The position numbers and the translations under genes were made by a program. Positions 19,401 to 28,559 of a stretch of DNA of 34,320 nt are shown in pieces. This stretch comes from a virus (taxonomy: Duplodnaviria > Caudoviricetes). Within the stretch, counting starts at the first letter, position 1. Every line of letters starts with the position of its first letter. The notes below the pieces were generated by a model that made no database searches, was not told where the DNA came from, and was given only the letters and a program-made list of their open reading frames with translations. The stretch lies in IMG/VR virus record IMGVR_UViG_3300017912_003643, positions 1-34,320 of that record. One strand, written 5' to 3'.

Positions 19401-22400
19401 TTCATCAGGTAAGAATGTTGTATTTGATGCTCCAACAAAACTAGTTGTTGCAATTCCTATAGCAGAGCTAACGTCACCAACATGGTTGTAAGAAATCTTT
19501 TCACCTGAAACAAAGAAGTGATTTGGAATCTTAATAGTATTTGCATCAATATCAATAATATTAGAATCATTTGCTAAGAAATATCTTTCAAAAATTCCAT
19601 CAGTTTTATGAGTCAATCCAAACTCTCTCTTGATATCAGATTCAGTTCCAGTATATTCTCCAGGTTGAGTAACAATAGTTCCATTTGTGAAATCAATTTC
19701 ATTTGGATAACTGGAGTCTCCTGCATCAAGACGAATAGAATTTTTAAACACAGTAACTACTGTATCAATACTAGCAATTGGAGTGAATGTTAGAGAAGTT
19801 CTTCCATCAGAATCAATAATAGCACCCACTGTTCCAAGACCAGCAGAACTCTCCAAGTTTGCATATTCTGCAAAATAGACATCATATGGATTTGCTGTAT
19901 CGACAAAATTGTCAACTGCAACAACTTCTGATAACTGGATTCTATTATTAGTAGTATCAGTTACTTGTACAATGAAGTATGCACCATCATCATCATTAGA
20001 ATAATCTGAAATGGTCGTAAATCCAGGTGATCCAGAAGAAGAAATCGTTGTTGTTCTAGCATCAATAGTTGCTCTTGAAATATTAACTGTAGATATTCCA
20101 GTGGATGTGTGAGTCGCAAGACCAACATACATGGCATTAACAACTGCAGTTGTTGCAATACCAACACTTGGATGGAAATCAATATTCAAATGAGTTCCAC
20201 TATCATAGGCAGAGTAAGTTCCAAATCCAGCAGAAGATGCGGCAGTAACACCCTCAGCAGTTAATCTACCAAACTCCAACAAGTCAACTGTTGTTCCATC
20301 GTTAATAACATTTAATTCAACCAACTCATATAGATTAGTTTTGTTAATATCAGGGGTGATATTGATTATGACTTTCGCAGATGTATATGTATTTGCAATA
20401 GAAACAATTGAAGTAGAAACTCCAGATGCAATTTCAGTACTCTTAGTTTCAATCTTTGCAACTCCTGCAAAAGATGTGGTTCCAATTCCAGTAGCAATGC
20501 CACTTAAATTATAAGAAACTGTTGCTAAATCATAATCATTGACGGTAAACTTAGTTGGATAGAATAAAAGTTGTCCATCAGATCCAGAAATATTAAAATC
20601 AAACGAACCCTGATCATAAGTGGATTCTACTCTGCCGTACTGATTTAAGAAACCAACTGATCCGTTGTGGACCAAATCAACGATCATTAGTTGTCTCTGA
20701 CCAGTATATCTCTTATCTCTTATGTAAGTAATATATTTTTGAGCTTTTATATCTCCAAGATCAAAAGTATCTACAATACTGAAAGGAGTTGCTCTTGGTT
20801 CACTGTTAAATTGACCACTAATGTCATCAATAGAAAGAACTCTATTTCCAATAGATTCAAAATAATCAGTTAAAATTCTATTTTTAAATATTATTTCATC
20901 AGAGATGAATGGAGATCCTTTGCTGTTCTCCGTTGCCAAATCAAAATCATGAACACAATGAAGACTTCCAAATGAATCAACATTGTTAACAACAGTAAAT
21001 CCATCAGATGAAATTCCAACATTCATTTGATTTGTGTTGGAAGATTCTAATTGGTAGTCCGCAAACTTTTTATATCCAAGAGTGTGGTTAAGAGATGAAA
21101 CAGGGTCGTTCCAAGTATCATAGGGAATTTGCGATTTCAATGAATAAGAGAACTTCTGATAATAGAAATTATCTTGAATTCTTTGTAAATCAAAGTTTAA
21201 GAATCCAGAATTAGTCTGAGATCCTCTAACTACTTTAGATGAAGGTCCAAATTCAATGTAGGACTCAAATGCTTTAACTGAGGTTGCAATTCCAACAACA
21301 GCAGATGACTTACCAACAATAGATTCTCCAATAACAAAGTTTTCTGTTGAAGAAATTCTAAGAATTCCTAATCTAGGATTCCAATCTTCAAGTACACCTG
21401 TGGCAGAATTTGATTCTACTTCTTCACCGACAACAAAATTACTGCGTGTCAATAAAACATCAAATGATGGGAAATGTTTCTGTGCTGTTATTCTACCAGC
21501 AGAATTTACTGTGTCATACTTTCCAGGAGTTTCTCCAGTATTGATAAATCCATCCATACTGAAGGTAACAAATCCAATTCCACCAAGATTTTCTACAACA
21601 CCAACAACATTAAATAATTTGTAGTTGTAATTTTTGGAATTAAATCCTTTTCCTGTAGAACCAACACCAACACTAACATTCTCTACAAGAATCTTGTCTC
21701 CAACAGAGAATGGGAAGATATTGACAGTGCTAAATCCAACAGATAATGTTGCAGTTGCTTCTTTACTAGCAGCATCATATGAAATAGTGCTAATTCCTAC
21801 ACCAGAATCTGTAACGGTTGGAATTATTGTTGGGGTAACATTTGAGAGTCTGTTTGTATTCTGAATAATTTCAACTGTTTCATTTCCAGGAGTCATTTTA
21901 AGAATCACATCATCAACAACTGTTTTTGTTGATCCGTCAATGACAACTAGTTGAGGAGGAATTGTAAATCCTCTACCAAACGAAGAAATTCCAATTTCTT
22001 CAAACGATGATAATGCATTGATTTTAACTGTTTGTGGGAAAAGAACTTTTGGTTTAAGAGTATTATCAGAAGGTAAGTTAAATCCAATGTTACTTAATCT
22101 TGAATTCTTTAATGCACCAATGGTAGAACTAGTTGCCTCAAATACTGCACCAGATCCAATTGTATCATTGACAGTTGTTATACCTGGGAGTGAATAATAA
22201 TTTCTTCCTGGATTTATAACCTCTACTTTTGCTACAGGACCATCTGTATGGGTACAATCCGTTTCATAATTAATTTGAGATGAGGTAGACGATGCATAAG
22301 AAACTGACTCTGGAACTTTACTCAAAGTATAAGTGAATGTAGTGGTTGTTCCAACAATGATCTTATGACTTCCATTATATCCACTCACTTTCGTATTTAA

Positions 22401-25400
22401 TTCATTTCCAGAAATAACATCCTCATCAACAACGACTTGAGATTTAACTTCTGGAAGATTATCATCATATACAAGATCAAATTTATAATATAAAACTTCT
22501 GGGATATTTGCGTTAACTTTTAGTGTAGATTTTCCTCCAGCAGAACCAACTTTTCCAGATCTTGTATATTCAAAATCTTTACTTGATTTTGTTTTATCCC
22601 ATACTTGAGTAAAGTTTTTATCTGTATAAAGGTTCAAATCAAATGCTGGATAATTTGATCCAAATACAGTATATCCAAGAGATGAATCTGAAAGATCAAA
22701 AGTTACTGTAGAATTTTTATAAAAAGTTAGTGGGGGATTGATTGGACTAATAGTTCCACCACTTGTTCCAGTGCTGGCAATTCCAACCGTAATTGGATCT
22801 TCTAAAGTTGAGTTATAGTAAGTTGTTGATAATTTAACACGATTATTATCAACTCTAGAAATATAGTAAATATTCTCATCTACAAGACCCTCAGAAACGT
22901 CTGTAGCAGTGTAGATTACTTTTTCTCCACCTTTGAATCCATGATCAGATAAAGTTATAGTTCCTGTAGAAGTATCAACTCCAGTGTTTGTAAACTCTAG
23001 AGGATTGATGACAATTCTTCTATTGTAGTCATCATATTTTACAGTTACAGTTTTTGTGTTTGAAGGATTTACAAATATATCAACTTTATGATCTGGACTA
23101 ATTCCATGTGGCGATGCCGCGGAAACAGTAACTGTATTCTTACTTAAAGTTCCTGTTATGACACCGTGGTTTGTTGTAAAACTATGTGTGTCACCAATTC
23201 CAACACCTTTTATAAAGAGGGTGGAAGAGCTTCTATGTGTAGATGCAATACCAACAAAAGTTCCAGTAGTTCCTAGTCCAACTCTTACTGTTGCAATTCC
23301 AATCAAGTCATCGTTTATCTTTGCAACGAACAATTGCTCTCCATCTGTCAACGTTGTTCCAATACCAACGTTACTTTCATCTTCAACATATAGTCCAGTT
23401 CCACCACTGCCAGGAGAATATGTTACTAAATCTCCTGTTCTGAAATTATGGTTTCTGAAGTAAAGTGATTTTGTTGGAATAAACTTTTGAGTTATTCCTG
23501 CACCTGGATTGGAGAATGAAATAGTAGTTCCAATACCAACTCCAGCAGTTGTTCCTAATCCAACGGTTTCTACTGGATTAAAATAAACTTGTTCATTAAT
23601 TCTGTATTCATAGTCAGTTTTATATCCAACATTGAATGATAGTTTTCTAGGATCTTCGTATATGTACTTACCAATTGTATGAGACGTTGCAACTGTGTTA
23701 TCTACTGCTCTAAGAACTCTTATTCTTGAAGAAAGTTCGTCAACATTCAGAACTTTTATTCTTTCAGTTCCTGCCTCAAGTATATCATTTTCTCTAATAT
23801 TTTTGAACGATAGATCCCCAACCAAATTAAAGTAAGTTACTAATCCAGTTATTCCATCAGTTCCTATTGCAACTCCAGTTGTTCCAACTCCAGCAATAGC
23901 AAATTTACTAGAGGATATGCCTGCAGTGTATGATCCATCAATTCCAGTTCCCGTTGTAGAGATTCCCGAAATAGAAATGATATCAAGATTAGTAAATTGA
24001 TGCGGATGGTCACTATAAATTTGATATCTACCTGGTTTATCTCCAGGATAAATTTCAACACTTTCTATTGTGCTGGTAGCAACACTAATACGTTCTACTG
24101 GTTTTCCTTTGATTCTTGTAATTTTAGCATATGCACTATCACCATCAGTACCTGTATTGTTAAATTCTAGAGTCTCACCTACTTTATAACCATCTCCTCC
24201 AGTTACAATACCAACACCATCAATAGTTCCTGGAGATGCTGTAGTAATATCTAAAGTTTGATTTAATTTATTTGGAATAAAAATATAAGGATATTCTGAA
24301 TCTTCTTCTATGAGATTCAGTGGTTCTGTATTCTTACGAAGATCACTGGATTCAAAATCATATAAATCTTGACTAGAAGAATTTTGATAGTTAAATTCGT
24401 TTGGAATAGACTTATAATTATGTCCAATAATATACGGGAATACTGGTTTACTGTATTTTTCAAATACTCCAGATGATTCCGCAAATGAATCATTAATTGT
24501 CATGAAGTATGCATATGTTCCCTCCGGATAATCTGGAGTGACACAGAACCTTCCATTGTTTTCGTCAAGAACACTTTCATCAGAGACTTTTTTGTGAGTA
24601 TAGTCTTCAATGAAAAATCCTTCAGGGAAAATAGAAGTTGATGGCCTATTGGGTTTTAAATCTAGGGAATAACCAGATTTCATTCTATCAACTACACCAC
24701 CACTCTTTCCAGAGAATCCATATGGACCATAGATAGGATTTCCATCATATGCAAATCCTAAAATTGGTGAGTGTTTTGTTGATTTTACTTCTATGCTATT
24801 GACTCTACGAAGATCACTTTCACCGTATAAAGTATTTCCCTCTTGATCTATAGAGAAACAACTTTGTCTTAATACTCTAGGTGGATACAAGTGAGAGTAT
24901 TGCAACTCATTATATCCTGATACAATAACACCATCATCTTTAGCATAGAATGGTAAATTCTTTTCAAATAAGTTAACTGTCCAAGTTTTTAATTTTGAGT
25001 TGAATACTGGTTCAAAATCACTCTCTGCTGGATCAAAAACGTCAATAGTAGTTGATTCTTCACTGTATCCACTTCCCGGTTCAATTACTCTAACTTCTGA
25101 CAGAGACCCACCTTGCATAATGGGCACCAAAACAGCACCTATTCCTTCCCCATTGAGAATCAAATCTGGAGTTGAAGTATAGTTTGATCCAGAATTTAAA
25201 ACAATAACTTGAGAGATTCTACCATTGGAGATTACTGGTTTTACTTGTGCATTTTTTCCTTGTTGTATTGTAATTTGAGGTGGACGTACAAAGTTTAAAA
25301 TTTCTGACGATCCATATCCAACCCCACCGTTTTCAAGATGAACAGAAGTTACAGAACCTCTAAAAATTGGATCTATCTCTGCTTTAAAAGTTTCCAGTCC

Positions 25401-28400
25401 TATTGAAGATATTCCAACCTCACCTGCGAGGGTAACTGATATATCTGGGTAATTAAATACGTGAGTTCCAACCCCAACAGATTCAAGATTAACGTATTGT
25501 TTTGTTCTATAGTTATATTCTTTATCAGAAGATACTCCAACAGAAGAAAGTTTAAACGAGTCTTTGTCAACTACAGTAACATAATATTCAGTATTAATGG
25601 TTAAACCAGAGGATGGTGTTCCAACACAAGTATACTTAACTAATTCACCAGAATTGTAGTCGTGATTAGGTATAGAAATTATATTGAGTGCAGTATTAAT
25701 TCCTGACAATGCAGGAGAGGTTCTCTTTTTATTTTCATAACCAACCCCACCATTGACAACGTTAATTGAACTAACTACTGATTTTTGTTTTACTGATTGA
25801 AGAGAGTGTTTTCCAATACCATAACTTGTCAAAAATACAGTATTCAGACCAGCGATTGCATCACCTTGAGTTTTATGCAATCTTACAGTTGTGTTATCAA
25901 TTACAGAAACATAGTATGAAGCATTGGTTACTATGCCTGCAATAGCCTGTTGATCACTAGTTCTATAAATTACTTGCTCGGCATTTCTAAATTTGTGATA
26001 AGTAGAAAATCCGATTCTAGATTGGGTAGATGCAACTCCTACAACAACTCTATCGGATACTTGATCTGCAAAAAATTCTGGTGAGTGGTCAATAAATTTC
26101 ATATTGACTTGGCACAGTGCTCCTCGACCATTTCCTCCAGAAATCGATACTCTTGGCACTGAAAGATAATCAAATCCAGAATCTTTTATTCTAATTTCTC
26201 TAAGAGATCCTGAGACTGAAATATATCCAGTAGCACCTGTTCCTACAGAATCAGTAATGAGAAGATTTGGTGGATTTATAATATCAACATTATTTCCTGG
26301 TGATAAGACATCAATATTTTCAATTTTACCATAAGAGATGGTGTCTTTTGCTTTGTAATTTAAAATTTCTACACCATTTACTAATACACCCGTGAATCCA
26401 GGTTTTGTTTCATTTACAGAACCATCAGATTCTGGCAAAGATATTTTTCTTAAGATTTTTTGAGGTTTTAATGTCTTACCGTAAAATTCAAACGGTTGAA
26501 TAAGACTATCTGTTACAGTTGTTGCAGTATCTACTGAGACATATTTTGCTTCGTAGATATCATTTCTACTTTTAGCAAATTTTACAGTAGAACCACTAAT
26601 TCTTTCAACAAAATATAAACCATCATCAAATAATCCAGTATCTCTTACAAATCTTGTTTTTACTCTTCCAGATGCATCAACATATTGTTCAGATATTGAT
26701 CTAGCACTGTAATGAATAGCATCTCCAGTGTAAAATCCATGTTCAACTCCAGGTGAAATTTCAAATTCAGTACCAGAAAAAGTTCCAGAAAACTTGAATT
26801 GTCTTGGAGTTACTTCAATTGGTTGTGCATTATATTTTGGAAGTGACTGTGATGCAACGATGTATTCTTCACTATTATTTTTAAATAATGCATCAACATC
26901 TGTAGAGAATTGTTGAATTTTTGGAAAAGTGTTTGAAGATCCTTTTTGAATTCTTCTTCTAATCTTTAGAACCGTGTTTGGGTTTAAAGATCCTTGCCCA
27001 CGAATATTAAATGATTTTTCACTAGTAATGCTAACAATGGTTGTTGACTTTTCAGTAGCATCATTGAGAATAATATCTGCAGAATTTCCTTGTCTAAAAT
27101 AATGCTTTGTATTTAAAGTAATTTTATAAGTAAAGTCTGAAGAATCTATTAATTCTACTTTAGATACTTTATATGTCGGAGCTACATTGTAAAACCATTT
27201 GTTGGTTTTAAAATTATTTTCACTAACACCTAGTGTTGTTAATCTTGCAGTAGTGCCTCTCTTTAAACTATTTGCCCCTGTTGGGAGACTTACTTTATCA
27301 AGAACTGATGAAATTCTAACTCTTATGATTTCATCTTGATTTAATTTAGATCTTCCATATGCAAACGTGTTAATTCCAACAGTAGTTGCGTCTGATATGT
27401 CCGCAGTTAAATTAGTAACACCAAAGAACTGGGTTAAAGATTTTGAAGTATATGAAACAAAACCTGTCGTAGTGTCTGCATAAGTTACATATAACTCACC
27501 AGTACTTCCGAATCCTACTGTAGAATCAACATCAATGATTGTAGATCCAGAGGAAACATTTCCAATAATTTTAGTTGATGCTTCTACAGAAAATTGCCCA
27601 TATGTTATACCACTAGTTCTAATATCTCTATCATATCCACCATCATAATTTAAACGATAAAATGACTTGCCATATCCAACTTCAATTTTTTCTACAGAGG
27701 ATATTGGTGCATATGCTTTTTGTATATTAGAATCAAATTTATATGCATCCTGATATAAGGTAGCTGTATCTAAATTTTCTGGATCTCCAGAAACTGCTTC
27801 AACAACTAACTGATTTACAGTTTCATAATTTGAATTTGATGGAACAAAAAGATGTTCAGATGGTCTTATAACAGAAACGTCTTTATTGTATAAAGCTTTG
27901 AAAAGAATTTTGAATGACTCATCCGTTCCCTTACTGAGATAAAAATCTTTTGATTGTTTAATAAACAGATTTTGATTTAAATCTTCAGTTAAAGCTCTGT
28001 TTTCTAATCCTGGAAGAAGTTGATGCTTTGTTTTTAGTAAAAATTCTTTTAAAAATAAACAACTCAGATTTTCAATTGCTCTACCAGCTTCATGCTCTTC
28101 CGACTGATTTGCTTCAAACAGTACTTCTTCTTTATTGATATTATCCCTTAAAGAGGTTATTCCTACAAATCCTCTTTTACATCCTGTGAAGGAAAATTCA
28201 GTTTTACCAGTATATGTAATTACTTCGTTTTCAATTTTCAATAATCCATATGTATCTGGGAATCCCTTTGTCCCTGTTGGAGACTTTCCTGGATCAACAG
28301 TGATAGTTCTATCGTAAAAAGTAATATCCCCACCAAGAATAACACTTTCAGTTAAATTTGTAGTGTTGTCTAATTTTATGTACTTGTCAATATTTTGAAT

Positions 28401-28541
28401 CAGATCAACTGGTCCACCTTGATACTCTTGTCCAAGATAGTATTGTTTTAAAAACTCAGATACTAAAGGAAAATCCTCCCTTACATATGCAGGAAGTTGA
28501 CTTGAAACAATATCGTTTAACTGAACTCTGTTTTCTGACAT
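16419..28541 (-). CDS. gp7: Giant baseplate wedge initiator (gp7-like), multi-module, with YHYH-like domain
   Basis: 4040-aa ORF between gp6 and gp8; N-terminal QLPAYVREDFP..EFLKQYY and KDFYLSKGTDESFKILFKALY; internal IQDNFYYQKFSYSLKS...LNHTLGYKKF wedge motif. Confidence 0.85.
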   Translation of the reverse strand: MSENRVQLNDIVSSQLPAYVREDFPLVSEFLKQYYLGQEYQGGPVDLIQNIDKYIKLDNTTNLTESVILGGDITFYDRTITVDPGKSPTGTKGFPDTYGLLKIENEVITYTGKTEFSFTGCKRGFVGITSLRDNINKEEVLFEANQSEEHEAGRAIENLSCLFLKEFLLKTKHQLLPGLENRALTEDLNQNLFIKQSKDFYLSKGTDESFKILFKALYNKDVSVIRPSEHLFVPSNSNYETVNQLVVEAVSGDPENLDTATLYQDAYKFDSNIQKAYAPISSVEKIEVGYGKSFYRLNYDGGYDRDIRTSGITYGQFSVEASTKIIGNVSSGSTIIDVDSTVGFGSTGELYVTYADTTTGFVSYTSKSLTQFFGVTNLTADISDATTVGINTFAYGRSKLNQDEIIRVRISSVLDKVSLPTGANSLKRGTTARLTTLGVSENNFKTNKWFYNVAPTYKVSKVELIDSSDFTYKITLNTKHYFRQGNSADIILNDATEKSTTIVSITSEKSFNIRGQGSLNPNTVLKIRRRIQKGSSNTFPKIQQFSTDVDALFKNNSEEYIVASQSLPKYNAQPIEVTPRQFKFSGTFSGTEFEISPGVEHGFYTGDAIHYSARSISEQYVDASGRVKTRFVRDTGLFDDGLYFVERISGSTVKFAKSRNDIYEAKYVSVDTATTVTDSLIQPFEFYGKTLKPQKILRKISLPESDGSVNETKPGFTGVLVNGVEILNYKAKDTISYGKIENIDVLSPGNNVDIINPPNLLITDSVGTGATGYISVSGSLREIRIKDSGFDYLSVPRVSISGGNGRGALCQVNMKFIDHSPEFFADQVSDRVVVGVASTQSRIGFSTYHKFRNAEQVIYRTSDQQAIAGIVTNASYYVSVIDNTTVRLHKTQGDAIAGLNTVFLTSYGIGKHSLQSVKQKSVVSSINVVNGGVGYENKKRTSPALSGINTALNIISIPNHDYNSGELVKYTCVGTPSSGLTINTEYYVTVVDKDSFKLSSVGVSSDKEYNYRTKQYVNLESVGVGTHVFNYPDISVTLAGEVGISSIGLETFKAEIDPIFRGSVTSVHLENGGVGYGSSEILNFVRPPQITIQQGKNAQVKPVISNGRISQVIVLNSGSNYTSTPDLILNGEGIGAVLVPIMQGGSLSEVRVIEPGSGYSEESTTIDVFDPAESDFEPVFNSKLKTWTVNLFEKNLPFYAKDDGVIVSGYNELQYSHLYPPRVLRQSCFSIDQEGNTLYGESDLRRVNSIEVKSTKHSPILGFAYDGNPIYGPYGFSGKSGGVVDRMKSGYSLDLKPNRPSTSIFPEGFFIEDYTHKKVSDESVLDENNGRFCVTPDYPEGTYAYFMTINDSFAESSGVFEKYSKPVFPYIIGHNYKSIPNEFNYQNSSSQDLYDFESSDLRKNTEPLNLIEEDSEYPYIFIPNKLNQTLDITTASPGTIDGVGIVTGGDGYKVGETLEFNNTGTDGDSAYAKITRIKGKPVERISVATSTIESVEIYPGDKPGRYQIYSDHPHQFTNLDIISISGISTTGTGIDGSYTAGISSSKFAIAGVGTTGVAIGTDGITGLVTYFNLVGDLSFKNIRENDILEAGTERIKVLNVDELSSRIRVLRAVDNTVATSHTIGKYIYEDPRKLSFNVGYKTDYEYRINEQVYFNPVETVGLGTTAGVGIGTTISFSNPGAGITQKFIPTKSLYFRNHNFRTGDLVTYSPGSGGTGLYVEDESNVGIGTTLTDGEQLFVAKINDDLIGIATVRVGLGTTGTFVGIASTHRSSSTLFIKGVGIGDTHSFTTNHGVITGTLSKNTVTVSAASPHGISPDHKVDIFVNPSNTKTVTVKYDDYNRRIVINPLEFTNTGVDTSTGTITLSDHGFKGGEKVIYTATDVSEGLVDENIYYISRVDNNRVKLSTTYYNSTLEDPITVGIASTGTSGGTISPINPPLTFYKNSTVTFDLSDSSLGYTVFGSNYPAFDLNLYTDKNFTQVWDKTKSSKDFEYTRSGKVGSAGGKSTLKVNANIPEVLYYKFDLVYDDNLPEVKSQVVVDEDVISGNELNTKVSGYNGSHKIIVGTTTTFTYTLSKVPESVSYASSTSSQINYETDCTHTDGPVAKVEVINPGRNYYSLPGITTVNDTIGSGAVFEATSSTIGALKNSRLSNIGFNLPSDNTLKPKVLFPQTVKINALSSFEEIGISSFGRGFTIPPQLVVIDGSTKTVVDDVILKMTPGNETVEIIQNTNRLSNVTPTIIPTVTDSGVGISTISYDAASKEATATLSVGFSTVNIFPFSVGDKILVENVSVGVGSTGKGFNSKNYNYKLFNVVGVVENLGGIGFVTFSMDGFINTGETPGKYDTVNSAGRITAQKHFPSFDVLLTRSNFVVGEEVESNSATGVLEDWNPRLGILRISSTENFVIGESIVGKSSAVVGIATSVKAFESYIEFGPSSKVVRGSQTNSGFLNFDLQRIQDNFYYQKFSYSLKSQIPYDTWNDPVSSLNHTLGYKKFADYQLESSNTNQMNVGISSDGFTVVNNVDSFGSLHCVHDFDLATENSKGSPFISDEIIFKNRILTDYFESIGNRVLSIDDISGQFNSEPRATPFSIVDTFDLGDIKAQKYITYIRDKRYTGQRQLMIVDLVHNGSVGFLNQYGRVESTYDQGSFDFNISGSDGQLLFYPTKFTVNDYDLATVSYNLSGIATGIGTTSFAGVAKIETKSTEIASGVSTSIVSIANTYTSAKVIINITPDINKTNLYELVELNVINDGTTVDLLEFGRLTAEGVTAASSAGFGTYSAYDSGTHLNIDFHPSVGIATTAVVNAMYVGLATHTSTGISTVNISRATIDARTTTISSSGSPGFTTISDYSNDDDGAYFIVQVTDTTNNRIQLSEVVAVDNFVDTANPYDVYFAEYANLESSAGLGTVGAIIDSDGRTSLTFTPIASIDTVVTVFKNSIRLDAGDSSYPNEIDFTNGTIVTQPGEYTGTESDIKREFGLTHKTDGIFERYFLANDSNIIDIDANTIKIPNHFFVSGEKISYNHVGDVSSAIGIATTSFVGASNTTFLPDENLYAVKVDDNLIKIATSAENALKTSPVVVDLESVGIGTSHRFVATNQNAKVMVAIDNLIQSPIVATAVTTGLSTNFTALTETIEFIGITSFFGADLIKIGNEIMKIEGIGIGKTNAIRVRRSWLGTPAGVGNTGDLVTKVSGNYNIVNNHLNFAEAPFGKTPIGTATNPPDERDWSGITSSSSFQGRSFMRSGVENGSDASYAKNYIFDNVSDKFTGSEDTFTLKQEGSNVTGITAENAVILINDIFQVPGSQEDYILEENSGITSAVFNGTVPQTPLGPDVGISSFPKGGIIVSVGSTEGFGYQPLISAGGTAVVSAAGTIESISIGNSGSGYRSGIQTTVNVGVGTSSTGTGNIEFIGTAAISGGHIVSVAITNPGTGYTSTNQPFVVFDAPVSYSNMSLHYSSSSNLGIGTEATVDIVVGQGSSVIDFEIKNTGYGYGNGDILTVAIGGTTGIPTSTSYSGNEFQLTIDEVISDKFSGWSLGTLQILDNIDEFIDGTTKDFPLKQNGSSVSIVSSPGSKIDVQDVLIVFVNDVLQVPGVGYEFSGGSTITFTEALKVGDKAKIIFYKGNGDSDVIFRDVIETVKKGDTLQLKPFSSQPDYLEEDVRSVLSIKSTGNVETNAYHGPGKTEDVTLTRPVTWCRQTEDKIINQIPTGKDRELYEPVINPSAYIIKSVGVGSTAIYVDTLRPLFNSANEASARSFQNKIKFITQEEKTGAAGTAVVSGLGTISSVVISDGGIGYSTATVSFGYTSSSRAFGSVTISAGGTVTGVAITDPGVGYTNTNPPTVLFSPPAYTEEEVSVNNYYGDNGIIVGFGSTSVGIGTTQLIFDVHIPYDSFLRNSNIAGTAVTITSIQQYDYFIVRRSNVGLASTSVTSFDDSGAIVGVGTSFADNVYQVASIEGLTTSVSGITTNVKRLFVNVDGFANGFSGITTSGDGLGQFSWGKIEVVDRGNTNTYNAYTQSGVGLTEGSGITTSTMIVRSNFLKSSNYI

Positions 28542-28559
28542 TTTATGAATTTATCGTCT

